Source of the DNA: a phage
Reading direction: 5' to 3' (one strand)
Length of the DNA stretch: 64,000 nucleotides
Sequence record: PZ386964.1
The notes beneath the pieces are model-generated. The model worked only from the letters and a program-made list of their open reading frames with translations. It did no database searches and was not told the origin of the DNA. The position numbers and the translations under genes are program-made. Numbering within the stretch: position 1 is the stretch's first letter; every line of letters starts with the position of its first letter. Below, piece after piece: positions 27,480 to 33,931 of this stretch.

Positions 27480-28015
27480 TGGGCGGCTTTTGGCGTAAAG
27501 CGAAATACTCTAAAGAGTTGCATTACTTCTTAAAAGATGAAGGCATAAGCATTTGCGGCAGGTATAAAAGGGATGGCAATTCAACTTTGCAAATTGACAA
27601 GAAGGCCGATTGGTTGCTCAAGGAAGAGTGCACCGTTTGCCGCGAGCGTTTAGATAGAAAAGTGAAAACGGTTGACTACATAAAGGAGCTTCAAAGCAGG
27701 TGCAAAAGTCCGCAGGAGTTCGCCATTGCTCTTTGGGGTGATCACCCTGAATTAAGAAAGGAATGGTTAAAGACTGATGCGATCAACTCTATTTTTAAAA
27801 TGAAGTATATGACTACCGCCAGATATAAAATGGAAAAATCAGTCATTAAGAAGGTATTATCTTATTGGAGGGATACGGTTGACATTGTAAAAATAAAGAA
27901 ATACCAAAAGGAAGTATTGCTGGAATTGGAAAGGATTGGTTATAAAGTCACCAATAAAATGATAGAGGAAGAGATAAAAAGACGGACTGACAAAGGATTG
28001 ATGCCTAAATTGTAG
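27476..28015 (+). CDS. hypothetical protein (Cys-containing, Lys-rich)
   Basis: 179 aa ORF, last gene of the rightward early block. Confidence 0.45.
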   Translation: MMGGFWRKAKYSKELHYFLKDEGISICGRYKRDGNSTLQIDKKADWLLKEECTVCRERLDRKVKTVDYIKELQSRCKSPQEFAIALWGDHPELRKEWLKTDAINSIFKMKYMTTARYKMEKSVIKKVLSYWRDTVDIVKIKKYQKEVLLELERIGYKVTNKMIEEEIKRRTDKGLMPKL

Positions 28016-28119
28016 CTAATAAACGGACGCTGCTTTACGTGTTTTGAATAATGGGATGTGTACAATGGGTCGCTTTATGCGGCCTTTTGTCGTTTTTGTT
28101 GGAAATTTTGAAGTGAGTG

Positions 28120-28710
28120 GCGTGGACCGTGGTGGTTTGAGGCTTGGTTGATACGTATGGAATTTAGGATATTGTGGATGAAAATAATAAATAAAATGGA
28201 AATTTGTATTTATTTTTGGAGTATGAGCATTTGATTTTGGATTTTAGTGTGCGGATTTTGGAGAGTGAACCGTGGTGTGTGGTGGCGAAAGCCGCGCCGT
28301 GCCTGGATTCTATGGTTGAAGAGTACACTCTTACGGATAGGTTTTTATCCGTATCATGGCGCTAGGGTGCGCCGCGCCTGGATTTGTACACTGAATCTTA
28401 CGGATGATACGGATGATACGCCATTTTTCCTTATTGTAACCAGAATTATTTCAAAAATTAATTAACTCCATTTTGAATTAATTTAAATTAATTTTTTCTA
28501 CATCCTCATACTTATGTTAATTTATATATTTAACGTATTATCCGTAAGATATAAGTAAAAACAAAGACTTGCGGCAATACGGATGATACGTCATGATACG
28601 CTTCAACCAGCCAACTGCGGCTAAGTCATTGATTTGCATAACAAGCGGCGAAAGGGATGGATTTCTTTTATACGTATCAAACAGTACACCACGCACCACG
28701 GTCCGTTATC
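28120..28710. repeat. iteron-rich, AT-rich noncoding region 1
   Basis: Multiple copies of ACGGATGATACG / CGTATCATCCGTA in both orientations (about 28329-28358, 28396-28422, 28545-28557, 28575-28601); GATTTTGGA x3 at about 28241-28260; GGACCGTGGTG at 28124/28267 and its reverse complement at about 28687-28704; AT-rich core 28440-28540. Confidence 0.6.
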
Positions 28711-28765
28711 CATTCAGCACTATGATTTGTGTACGTTTATAGCCATAATGAACATCAATCTGCAC

Positions 28766-28794
28766 TTGAATATAATGTCCATCCATTGTATAAT
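28766..28794 (+). promoter_or_regulatory. sigma70-like promoter
   Basis: TTGAAT -17- TATAAT upstream of the gene starting at 28830. Confidence 0.4.
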
Positions 28795-28829
28795 TCACAC
28801 TATTAATTTGCACTATGGGATTTTGCACT

Positions 28830-29303
28830 ATGAGTCAAGATTATGTAGCGATGCCTGAAGACTTTGAAGACCCGCGATTTGCAGAGCACAATCAGGCTTT
28901 ATTCGATGAGTTCATTGACCTTGTTATTCAGGGCCATGACATGCGCGCAGCTTTTGCACTAGTATTTGGAATGGAAGTTGCAACGGATAACTACACTGGC
29001 CAGCGAATCCTTTGCGCGCAACGCAATCCATACTACAAGATGCGCTTCAAAAAGCGTATGGAAGAGATGCCACTCAAGGATTTGTGGAGCGTAAAAGGTG
29101 CAATTCACAATTTGGTCAAGCTTGTGCGTGATCCAGAAGTCGCGGCATCAGCCAAGCTTAATGCTATTCGTGAACTGAATATCATCTACGGCATCACGAT
29201 GATTGATGAAAACGGCAATAGTAAAATGGGCCGTTCTATGGACGATTTCTACAAGGATTTTGGAGAGGCGGCCAAAGAAGGTGAGCAATTCTCCCGCCAC
29301 TAG
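28830..29303 (+). CDS. hypothetical helix-rich protein; candidate DNA-binding protein (small-terminase-like or regulator)
   Basis: 157 aa from ATG 28830; start codon lies inside a copy of the TTTGCACTATG motif; helix-rich sequence FIDLVIQGHDMRAAFALVFG, KLNAIRELNIIYGI. Function is inference. Confidence 0.45.
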   Translation: MSQDYVAMPEDFEDPRFAEHNQALFDEFIDLVIQGHDMRAAFALVFGMEVATDNYTGQRILCAQRNPYYKMRFKKRMEEMPLKDLWSVKGAIHNLVKLVRDPEVAASAKLNAIRELNIIYGITMIDENGNSKMGRSMDDFYKDFGEAAKEGEQFSRH

Positions 29304-29417
29304 CCAATTTGCACTATAAAACGGCCCTAGAACACATTTTCTCCACTTCTAGGGCCATCGGTAATACGACGGGGAAGGTTACAACCATAAACGCGTTAGA
29401 AAGTGTATTATTATAAG

Positions 29418-29681
29418 TCATCTTTTAGTCACTTTCCGTAACAATTTACGACCTTCAACCGTCCAATCGAACGACTCCACCAGCAGATTTGCACCATAAC
29501 CCAAGACGATGCGCCCTTTCTCGTTATCGACCCGCCAACAAGTCTCGAATAGCATTCGATTTGCACTATTAACTATTGCCGCAACGCGCGTTGGGTAAGC
29601 GCAATTTGCACTATGGTCATAAAGGGATAAGGTGCGACCACTTCCGATGGACAACGTAGCAATGAGAATAAGCGTATTCAT
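29418..29681 (-). CDS. hypothetical protein
   Basis: 87 aa ORF; contains three antisense copies of the 11-mer motif, so coding status is uncertain. Confidence 0.3.
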   Translation of the reverse strand: MNTLILIATLSIGSGRTLSLYDHSANCAYPTRVAAIVNSANRMLFETCWRVDNEKGRIVLGYGANLLVESFDWTVEGRKLLRKVTKR

Positions 29682-29731
29682 AAGCCACCAATTTGCACTA
29701 TGAAAAGCGACCCCGAAGGGCCGCCATTCAA

Positions 29732-30358
29732 TTAGATGATTTGGAATGTGTAGGATTTATTACCGAACTCGAAGTTCAAGCGCCCAGCTTCCTTAAGCTT
29801 CATGCGGAAGCGAATATGCTTGCTATCCGGTAGGCCCAGCGCGGCGAACGCTACGCGGACCGATTTGAACTCTCCTACACCCTCGACCATAACGCCGTTA
29901 CGGGTGAGACGCTTTTGCGCCACTTCCTTATTGTCCCAACTTTTTGCAATGCCTTCGCTATTCGAACGGCGATGGGAAGGAGTTCCATTTTGCACTACGC
30001 AATTTGCACTATCGTTTAAACCGCTCTTAACGAAGGCTTCATACTCTTCGTCGGTCATCGCGTCGAGTTCTTCCTGAGTCGGCTCGGCCTTTTTAACTAC
30101 CGCACGCGCCTTATGCGTTTTTACATCGCTGGACACTTCCTCGCGCGGCTTCGCGTCGGGGATGGGCGATTCGTTGGACGGCTCATCGAGCGCGTTTAAG
30201 GACTCGATTAACGCGATTACGCGAGTCTCGGCGGTCCGGCGGTCCGCAAACTTCTTAATCGGCTTCGAACCGGAATTTGCATTATAAAATGCAACGAGGT
30301 CGGCGGTCTTAGTTGCGATAACGTCGCCGCTAGTCGAGAAACGATTTAAGCTAACCAT
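29732..30358 (-). CDS. hypothetical protein
   Basis: 208 aa ORF with protein-like composition; contains three antisense copies of the motif. Confidence 0.4.
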   Translation of the reverse strand: MVSLNRFSTSGDVIATKTADLVAFYNANSGSKPIKKFADRRTAETRVIALIESLNALDEPSNESPIPDAKPREEVSSDVKTHKARAVVKKAEPTQEELDAMTDEEYEAFVKSGLNDSANCVVQNGTPSHRRSNSEGIAKSWDNKEVAQKRLTRNGVMVEGVGEFKSVRVAFAALGLPDSKHIRFRMKLKEAGRLNFEFGNKSYTFQII

Positions 30359-30438
30359 AATAAACTCCTATTTGTTAGGGCGCTAGGCGCGAAAGAATTT
30401 TATTAAAGCGCCGCGCACGACGCTCTAAAAATCCTCTC

Positions 30439-30723
30439 TTACGCTTCGACGAGGGAGAAGGTCTCAAATTCTTCTTCGCCCATAACGAGTAAGATATTAC
30501 CGATTTCGACCGCTTCGAAGAAGTATCCGTTAACGTTTACTTCGAAGGCTTCGCGGTCCGATTCCGGTAGCGCCGCGTAAAGTTTAAAAGCCTCGGCGAC
30601 CGTTACCCCACCCGCCTCGATAGTTTGGTCTACGTTCGCGGCGTAGACTTCGGATAAATTTTGTTTAACGCCGTAGTTCTCGACGATAGCGTTACGAATA
30701 GAAGAAACGTTAAGAATAGCCAT
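30439..30723 (-). CDS. small acidic hypothetical protein (cassette A; paralog of 31358-31648)
   Basis: 94 aa; N-terminus AILNVSSIRNAIVE..VYAANVDQTIE aligns with ITLAAIRNARAE..VYLFNVDATIEE of cassette B; homologous promoter, 5'-UTR hairpin and RBS. Confidence 0.5.
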   Translation of the reverse strand: MAILNVSSIRNAIVENYGVKQNLSEVYAANVDQTIEAGGVTVAEAFKLYAALPESDREAFEVNVNGYFFEAVEIGNILLVMGEEEFETFSLVEA

Positions 30724-30740
30724 TTTAAACTCCTAGTTGG

Positions 30741-30770
30741 GAGAGGCGTTAACGACCTATTCGTTAACTC
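30741..30770 (-). promoter_or_regulatory. 5'-UTR stem-loop of cassette A (GUUAACGA-AUAGG-UCGUUAAC)
   Basis: Minus-strand reading gagTTAACGAataggTCGTTAAcgcctc; homologous to the cassette B hairpin with two compensatory base-pair changes; followed by CCAACTAGGAG RBS. Confidence 0.55.
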
Positions 30771-30791
30771 ATCCCGTCCCGATATGAGTAC

Positions 30792-30819
30792 ATTATAATA
30801 TAGTGTAGAAAAAAGTAAA
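30792..30819 (-). promoter_or_regulatory. sigma70-like promoter of cassette A (minus strand)
   Basis: Minus-strand TTTACT -16- TATAAT, preceded by CGAAAAAGTGCTTTACT shared with cassette B. Confidence 0.45.
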
Positions 30820-30862
30820 GCACTTTTTCGATAAAAATGAGATAAATTATTTTATCTTTTTC

Positions 30863-30890
30863 TTTACTTCTTCGTACACTCGCATATACT
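30863..30890 (+). promoter_or_regulatory. sigma70-like promoter of middle gene (cassette C), divergent from cassette A promoter
   Basis: TTTACT -16- TATACT with shared TTTACTTCTTCGTACACT and TTTATATCGAGA elements. Confidence 0.45.
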
Positions 30891-30946
30891 TGTTTATATC
30901 GAGACGGGCGATGTCCCTTCCTTCTACTAGCATCGGGAGCTTTATT

Positions 30947-31249
30947 ATGACTACTTTAATCTCTTCCATCCTTACTTACGACGAAGACCGCTTAACCGTT
31001 CGCTCTCTTATCGCCGCCGTTAACGCGGAACTAGAATCTAGCGCCATTAAGGTCCGCGCGGTCGCCTTCATCGGCCTTTCCTTCGACGATATGAAGTATG
31101 CCGAACGTAGCGCTATCCGCTTCGCGAAGACCGACGACGAAGCCGTTACCCTTATCGAGACGGTTACGCCGCGCGGCGAAGCGTTAATTATCGTCGAGTA
31201 TATCGACGTAGAAGGCGATAAGGCTTATAAATATTTTATCGCAGAATAA
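30947..31249 (+). CDS. small acidic hypothetical protein (cassette C)
   Basis: Start at MTTLISSILTYDEDRL... with RBS GGGAG; the ORF-track N-terminal extension overlaps the promoter. Confidence 0.45.
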   Translation: MTTLISSILTYDEDRLTVRSLIAAVNAELESSAIKVRAVAFIGLSFDDMKYAERSAIRFAKTDDEAVTLIETVTPRGEALIIVEYIDVEGDKAYKYFIAE

Positions 31250-31260
31250 CGAAAAAGTGC

Positions 31261-31289
31261 TTTACTTCTTCGTACACTAAGACTATAAT
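31261..31289 (+). promoter_or_regulatory. sigma70-like promoter of cassette B
   Basis: TTTACT -17- TATAAT; upstream CGAAAAAGTGCTTTACT is the reverse complement of 30812-30830. Confidence 0.45.
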
Positions 31290-31310
31290 GTTTTATATCG
31301 AGAGGGGGAT

Positions 31311-31336
31311 GAGGTAGCGAATAGGTCGCTACCCTC
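31311..31336 (+). promoter_or_regulatory. 5'-UTR stem-loop of cassette B (GGUAGCGA-AUAGG-UCGCUACC)
   Basis: gagGTAGCGAataggTCGCTACcctc; same loop AUAGG as cassette A, stem differs at two positions with compensatory partner changes; followed by CCAACTAGGAG RBS and ATG 31358. Confidence 0.55.
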
Positions 31337-31357
31337 CCGACCAACTAGGAGATTATT

Positions 31358-31648
31358 ATGATTACTTTAGCCGCTATCCGTAACGCTCGCGCCGAAACTT
31401 CCGAAAACTCTAACGTATTTGGCGAAAAACTTAAAAACGTTTATCTCTTTAACGTAGATGCGACTATCGAGGAGCTTCATAGTCCTATCGATTTTAGCGA
31501 ATTTACGGAACTCGAAGAGGAAGATATTTCTACCTTCCGCGTTACTATCGAAGGCAAGGTTTATTTTGCTACGGAGTTCGGCGGCGAATATCTCGCGGTA
31601 TCCGAAGGCGAAGGCCGTTACTCTTTCTTTAAAATCGTCTCCTTATAA
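31358..31648 (+). CDS. small acidic hypothetical protein (cassette B; paralog of 30439-30723)
   Basis: 96 aa; paralogous to cassette A protein; followed by a strong terminator. Confidence 0.5.
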   Translation: MITLAAIRNARAETSENSNVFGEKLKNVYLFNVDATIEELHSPIDFSEFTELEEEDISTFRVTIEGKVYFATEFGGEYLAVSEGEGRYSFFKIVSL

Positions 31649-31668
31649 TACCCTTCCGTTATTAATAG

Positions 31669-31693
31669 GCCGCGCTTAGTCGCGGCTTTTCTT
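31669..31693 (+). terminator. rho-independent terminator
   Basis: GCCGCG-CTTAGT-CGCGGC hairpin followed by TTTTCTT. Confidence 0.65.
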
Positions 31694-31813
31694 CGTCCCT
31701 ATCTCGATGCGCTTCTCCGCGAAAACTCCTTTATCCTTCCCTTCTTCGTCGCATAATCTTCATCGAGATGCGCCTTAGTTCGCATAACAGGTATTACGTT
31801 AAATGGAGAACAT

Positions 31814-32078
31814 CGCGTAAGTCCTTGTTTTATATAGACACCTATATCGGACCGTTAGGGCGGGTCGCGTAAGTCGTTGTTTTATAAAGGCGCAAAACTT
31901 TCCCTTCGTTCCGAACTAAAACGAGAAATATGCCGACCCTTCGCCGGAAAATAGTACGCATGCGAAATTACATGCATCTAGAATAATCCCCACCGATATT
32001 ATCCTACACGCAATCATTCGCTTTCGAATCATTATGCTTCATATTATTATGCGTCGAATCATTCGCTTTCGAATTGTA
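31814..32078. repeat. noncoding repeat block: 23-bp direct repeats and two copies of an imperfect palindrome
   Basis: CGCGTAAGTC(C/G)TTGTTTTATA at about 31814 and 31866; AATCATTCGCTTTCGAAT at about 32012 and 32057; further GAATTTGCAGTACACT copies at about 32164 and 32261. Confidence 0.5.
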
Positions 32079-32347
32079 ACGCTGGAAACTGTAACGTCGA
32101 TTGATTATTGCGTTCGTGTGGTTTTTATGGCATGGGTCTTTTGGTGCGTTTTGCTACTTGATGGAATTTGCAGTACACTAATCAAAATACGACACATTTG
32201 GTCCACTAACTTTTCAAAGAAAAAGTCCTAGACAGTACCGTACTATTTTGTACCCACAGGAAATTTGCAGTACACTCCTGTGCGGCAGGCAAAATAAAGG
32301 GCCGCACCAAGCGACCCACGATTCACGGTTAAATCAACAAGCACCCA

Positions 32348-32728
32348 CTATTCACTCTTATGGGCATCACCAAAGCCATCCGCAATCTGGCTGATCAGCG
32401 ATTCAATGGACACAGTTTTACCAATTGATCGAGCGGTAATAGCAAGCATATTATCAATCAAACCGCGATTGACTTCACATGTTCCAGGCTTTGATTCATC
32501 TCCAGGACAACCAAAAAGCTGGTCGCGCAAACTTTCGAGGGAACGCTCAATATTTTCCAGCTTCTCTTCTAAATCGGATTGGCGACGTAAAACCCATGTT
32601 AAGTCGCGGTTGCCGACTTCCAATCCATTATAATCGCAAGATGGAACGTCAATTTTGATACTGGAACCAAAAGCAGTACCGCTGCCTTTAGTATATGTGT
32701 GGCTAATAGAATCATTTTTATTTGACAT
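32348..32728 (-). CDS. hypothetical protein (last gene of tail-fibre operon)
   Basis: Start at internal MSNKNDSISHTY... (RBS AAAGGT); the longer ORF-track start would include a small hairpin. Confidence 0.4.
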   Translation of the reverse strand: MSNKNDSISHTYTKGSGTAFGSSIKIDVPSCDYNGLEVGNRDLTWVLRRQSDLEEKLENIERSLESLRDQLFGCPGDESKPGTCEVNRGLIDNMLAITARSIGKTVSIESLISQIADGFGDAHKSE

Positions 32729-32822
32729 ATCATTACCTTTAATATTTGGGTGATTAACAATAACTATAATAAAGCCGCATAGCGCGGCATTCAAATCGAT
32801 TTATTAATCGTGACGATTGGAT

Positions 32823-32918
32823 TTACTTATCCAACCAATCAATAAGCGCAATCATGGCTACAACAAATACTGCACTTATTGCTAATATGATCAAAAACAT
32901 CACGAAATCAACGTTCAT
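32823..32918 (-). CDS. small single-pass hydrophobic peptide (31 aa)
   Basis: MNVDFVMFLIILAISAVFVVAMIALIDWLDK; its ATG overlaps the stop of the upstream gene in another frame. Confidence 0.3.
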   Translation of the reverse strand: MNVDFVMFLIILAISAVFVVAMIALIDWLDK

Positions 32919-33144
32919 CAATCGATACCAATTGTGCAGGGTCGCCGGATACCGTTGCGCCGATGATACCCATCTGAGAGAAAAATTCTGAATAAACTTC
33001 CTTCCAGTACTTGCGCGCAGCTTTCTGGGCTTGACCTTTTCGCTTGTAGCTTTTACCTTGAAAGATGAAGCGGTCTTTTGGAGCGTAATACTCCACCACA
33101 CCTTCCAGCCATTGTAAGAATGCTACTGATTCATTTTGATTCAT
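32908..33144 (-). CDS. hypothetical protein
   Basis: 78 aa ORF with protein-like composition (MNQNESVAFLQWLEGVVEYYAPKDRF...). Confidence 0.4.
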   Translation of the reverse strand: MNQNESVAFLQWLEGVVEYYAPKDRFIFQGKSYKRKGQAQKAARKYWKEVYSEFFSQMGIIGATVSGDPAQLVSIDER

Positions 33145-33151
33145 GTCAACC

Positions 33152-33607
33152 TCAATATTTTAATAAGAAAGCACCCAACCAACTTTCCTCAACCTCGCGA
33201 CCAGTAGCCACACGGTCGGTCTTGGCTATGGGTCTGGATTCGCCGCAGGGCAATCCGTCTTGTAGCTGTGTACTATTGCCAATTCTCACCATGACCTTTC
33301 CATCAGGGTCGATATAAGCGCGACAACCCATTATTTCGAGACGTTGTAGACACTGGCGAATCGTTTTCAGCCTTTCACCGGACCGGATAGAGCGTGGTCG
33401 CGACCGCTGACCGTTCTTATTCACTGTCCGCTTCACAACCGGAATCTCATTGGTGCGTTGCGCTTTCGGTCGGTAGTAGGCTTCTTCTCCAGGAGTCGCA
33501 CCTGGTGTCAATTCGCGCTTGAGAGCCTTTTCAATATCGATGATCATAATTATGCCGCTGCAGCGTAAACAATTGCATAAGCGATTCCAAACAGCGCGAC
33601 GATGCAT
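33152..33607 (-). CDS. hypothetical protein (start uncertain)
   Basis: ORF-track start is a TTG; first ATG at 33607, alternative ATG at 33547; Arg/Lys-rich central region. Confidence 0.35.
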   Translation of the reverse strand: MHRRAVWNRLCNCLRCSGIIMIIDIEKALKRELTPGATPGEEAYYRPKAQRTNEIPVVKRTVNKNGQRSRPRSIRSGERLKTIRQCLQRLEIMGCRAYIDPDGKVMVRIGNSTQLQDGLPCGESRPIAKTDRVATGREVEESWLGAFLLKY

Positions 33608-33640
33608 ACCGTGCCCCAAAATGCAAAGCGTCGTGATTCT

Positions 33641-33850
33641 TTATCCATTGTCCACCGCCCCAATATCAATTAAGAACTTGTGCAAGTCGCCTTTCTTATT
33701 AAGCTTTTGCATAGTTTTGATATCATCAAGTGATATGCCTTGATTGCTTTGTTGTTTGTCAATGCAGACAATGCCGCCTTTCTTAGCCTTGATTGTCATG
33801 CCTTTGGCTTCAATACTTTTTACAAAATCGGACAACACTTTAATTTCCAT
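33641..33850 (-). CDS. hypothetical protein
   Basis: Start at MEIKVLSDF... with RBS GTGAGGTG. Confidence 0.4.
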   Translation of the reverse strand: MEIKVLSDFVKSIEAKGMTIKAKKGGIVCIDKQQSNQGISLDDIKTMQKLNKKGDLHKFLIDIGAVDNG

Positions 33851-33931
33851 AAAACACCTCACTTGTTAACGTATAATGAGTATAACTTAATAGCGCATAA
33901 AGTAAAGGCGCTTTTCAGCGCCTTGAGTGAA

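Larger units (their letters stand above)
28805..30285 (+). repeat. dispersed same-orientation 11-mer motif cluster (consensus CAATTTGCACTATG)
   Basis: TTTGCACTAT core at 28807, 28822, 29308, 29560, 29605, 29692, 30003; one-mismatch variants at 29488, 29989, 30276; all on the plus strand, several inside minus-strand ORFs. Confidence 0.65.

Noticed and set aside
28300-28620. Possible CRISPR array suggested by the repeated GGATGATACG units
   Set aside because: Repeats are short (9-13 bp), irregularly spaced, in both orientations and without uniform spacers; pattern fits iterons, not CRISPR.
28247-28858. Plus-strand ORFs 28247-28465 and 28634-28858 in the ORF track
   Set aside because: They lie entirely within the iteron/AT-rich repeat region, have repeat-driven low-complexity translations and no RBS; more likely noncoding.
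29700-31700. Impression that 29.7-31.7 kb has a different codon/dinucleotide composition (more CG and TTCGAA), suggesting a horizontally acquired island
   Set aside because: Cannot be quantified by eye; comparison with other genes showed overlapping codon usage, so not reported as a finding. Worth a k-mer or GC3 test.
32010-32080. TTCGAATC motifs resembling a tRNA T-loop
   Set aside because: No flanking acceptor or anticodon stem complementarity could be drawn by hand; the motif is part of a repeated imperfect palindrome instead.
32034-32231. Plus-strand ORF 32034-32231 (65 aa)
   Set aside because: Falls in the repeat-rich noncoding stretch, no RBS, low-complexity hydrophobic translation.
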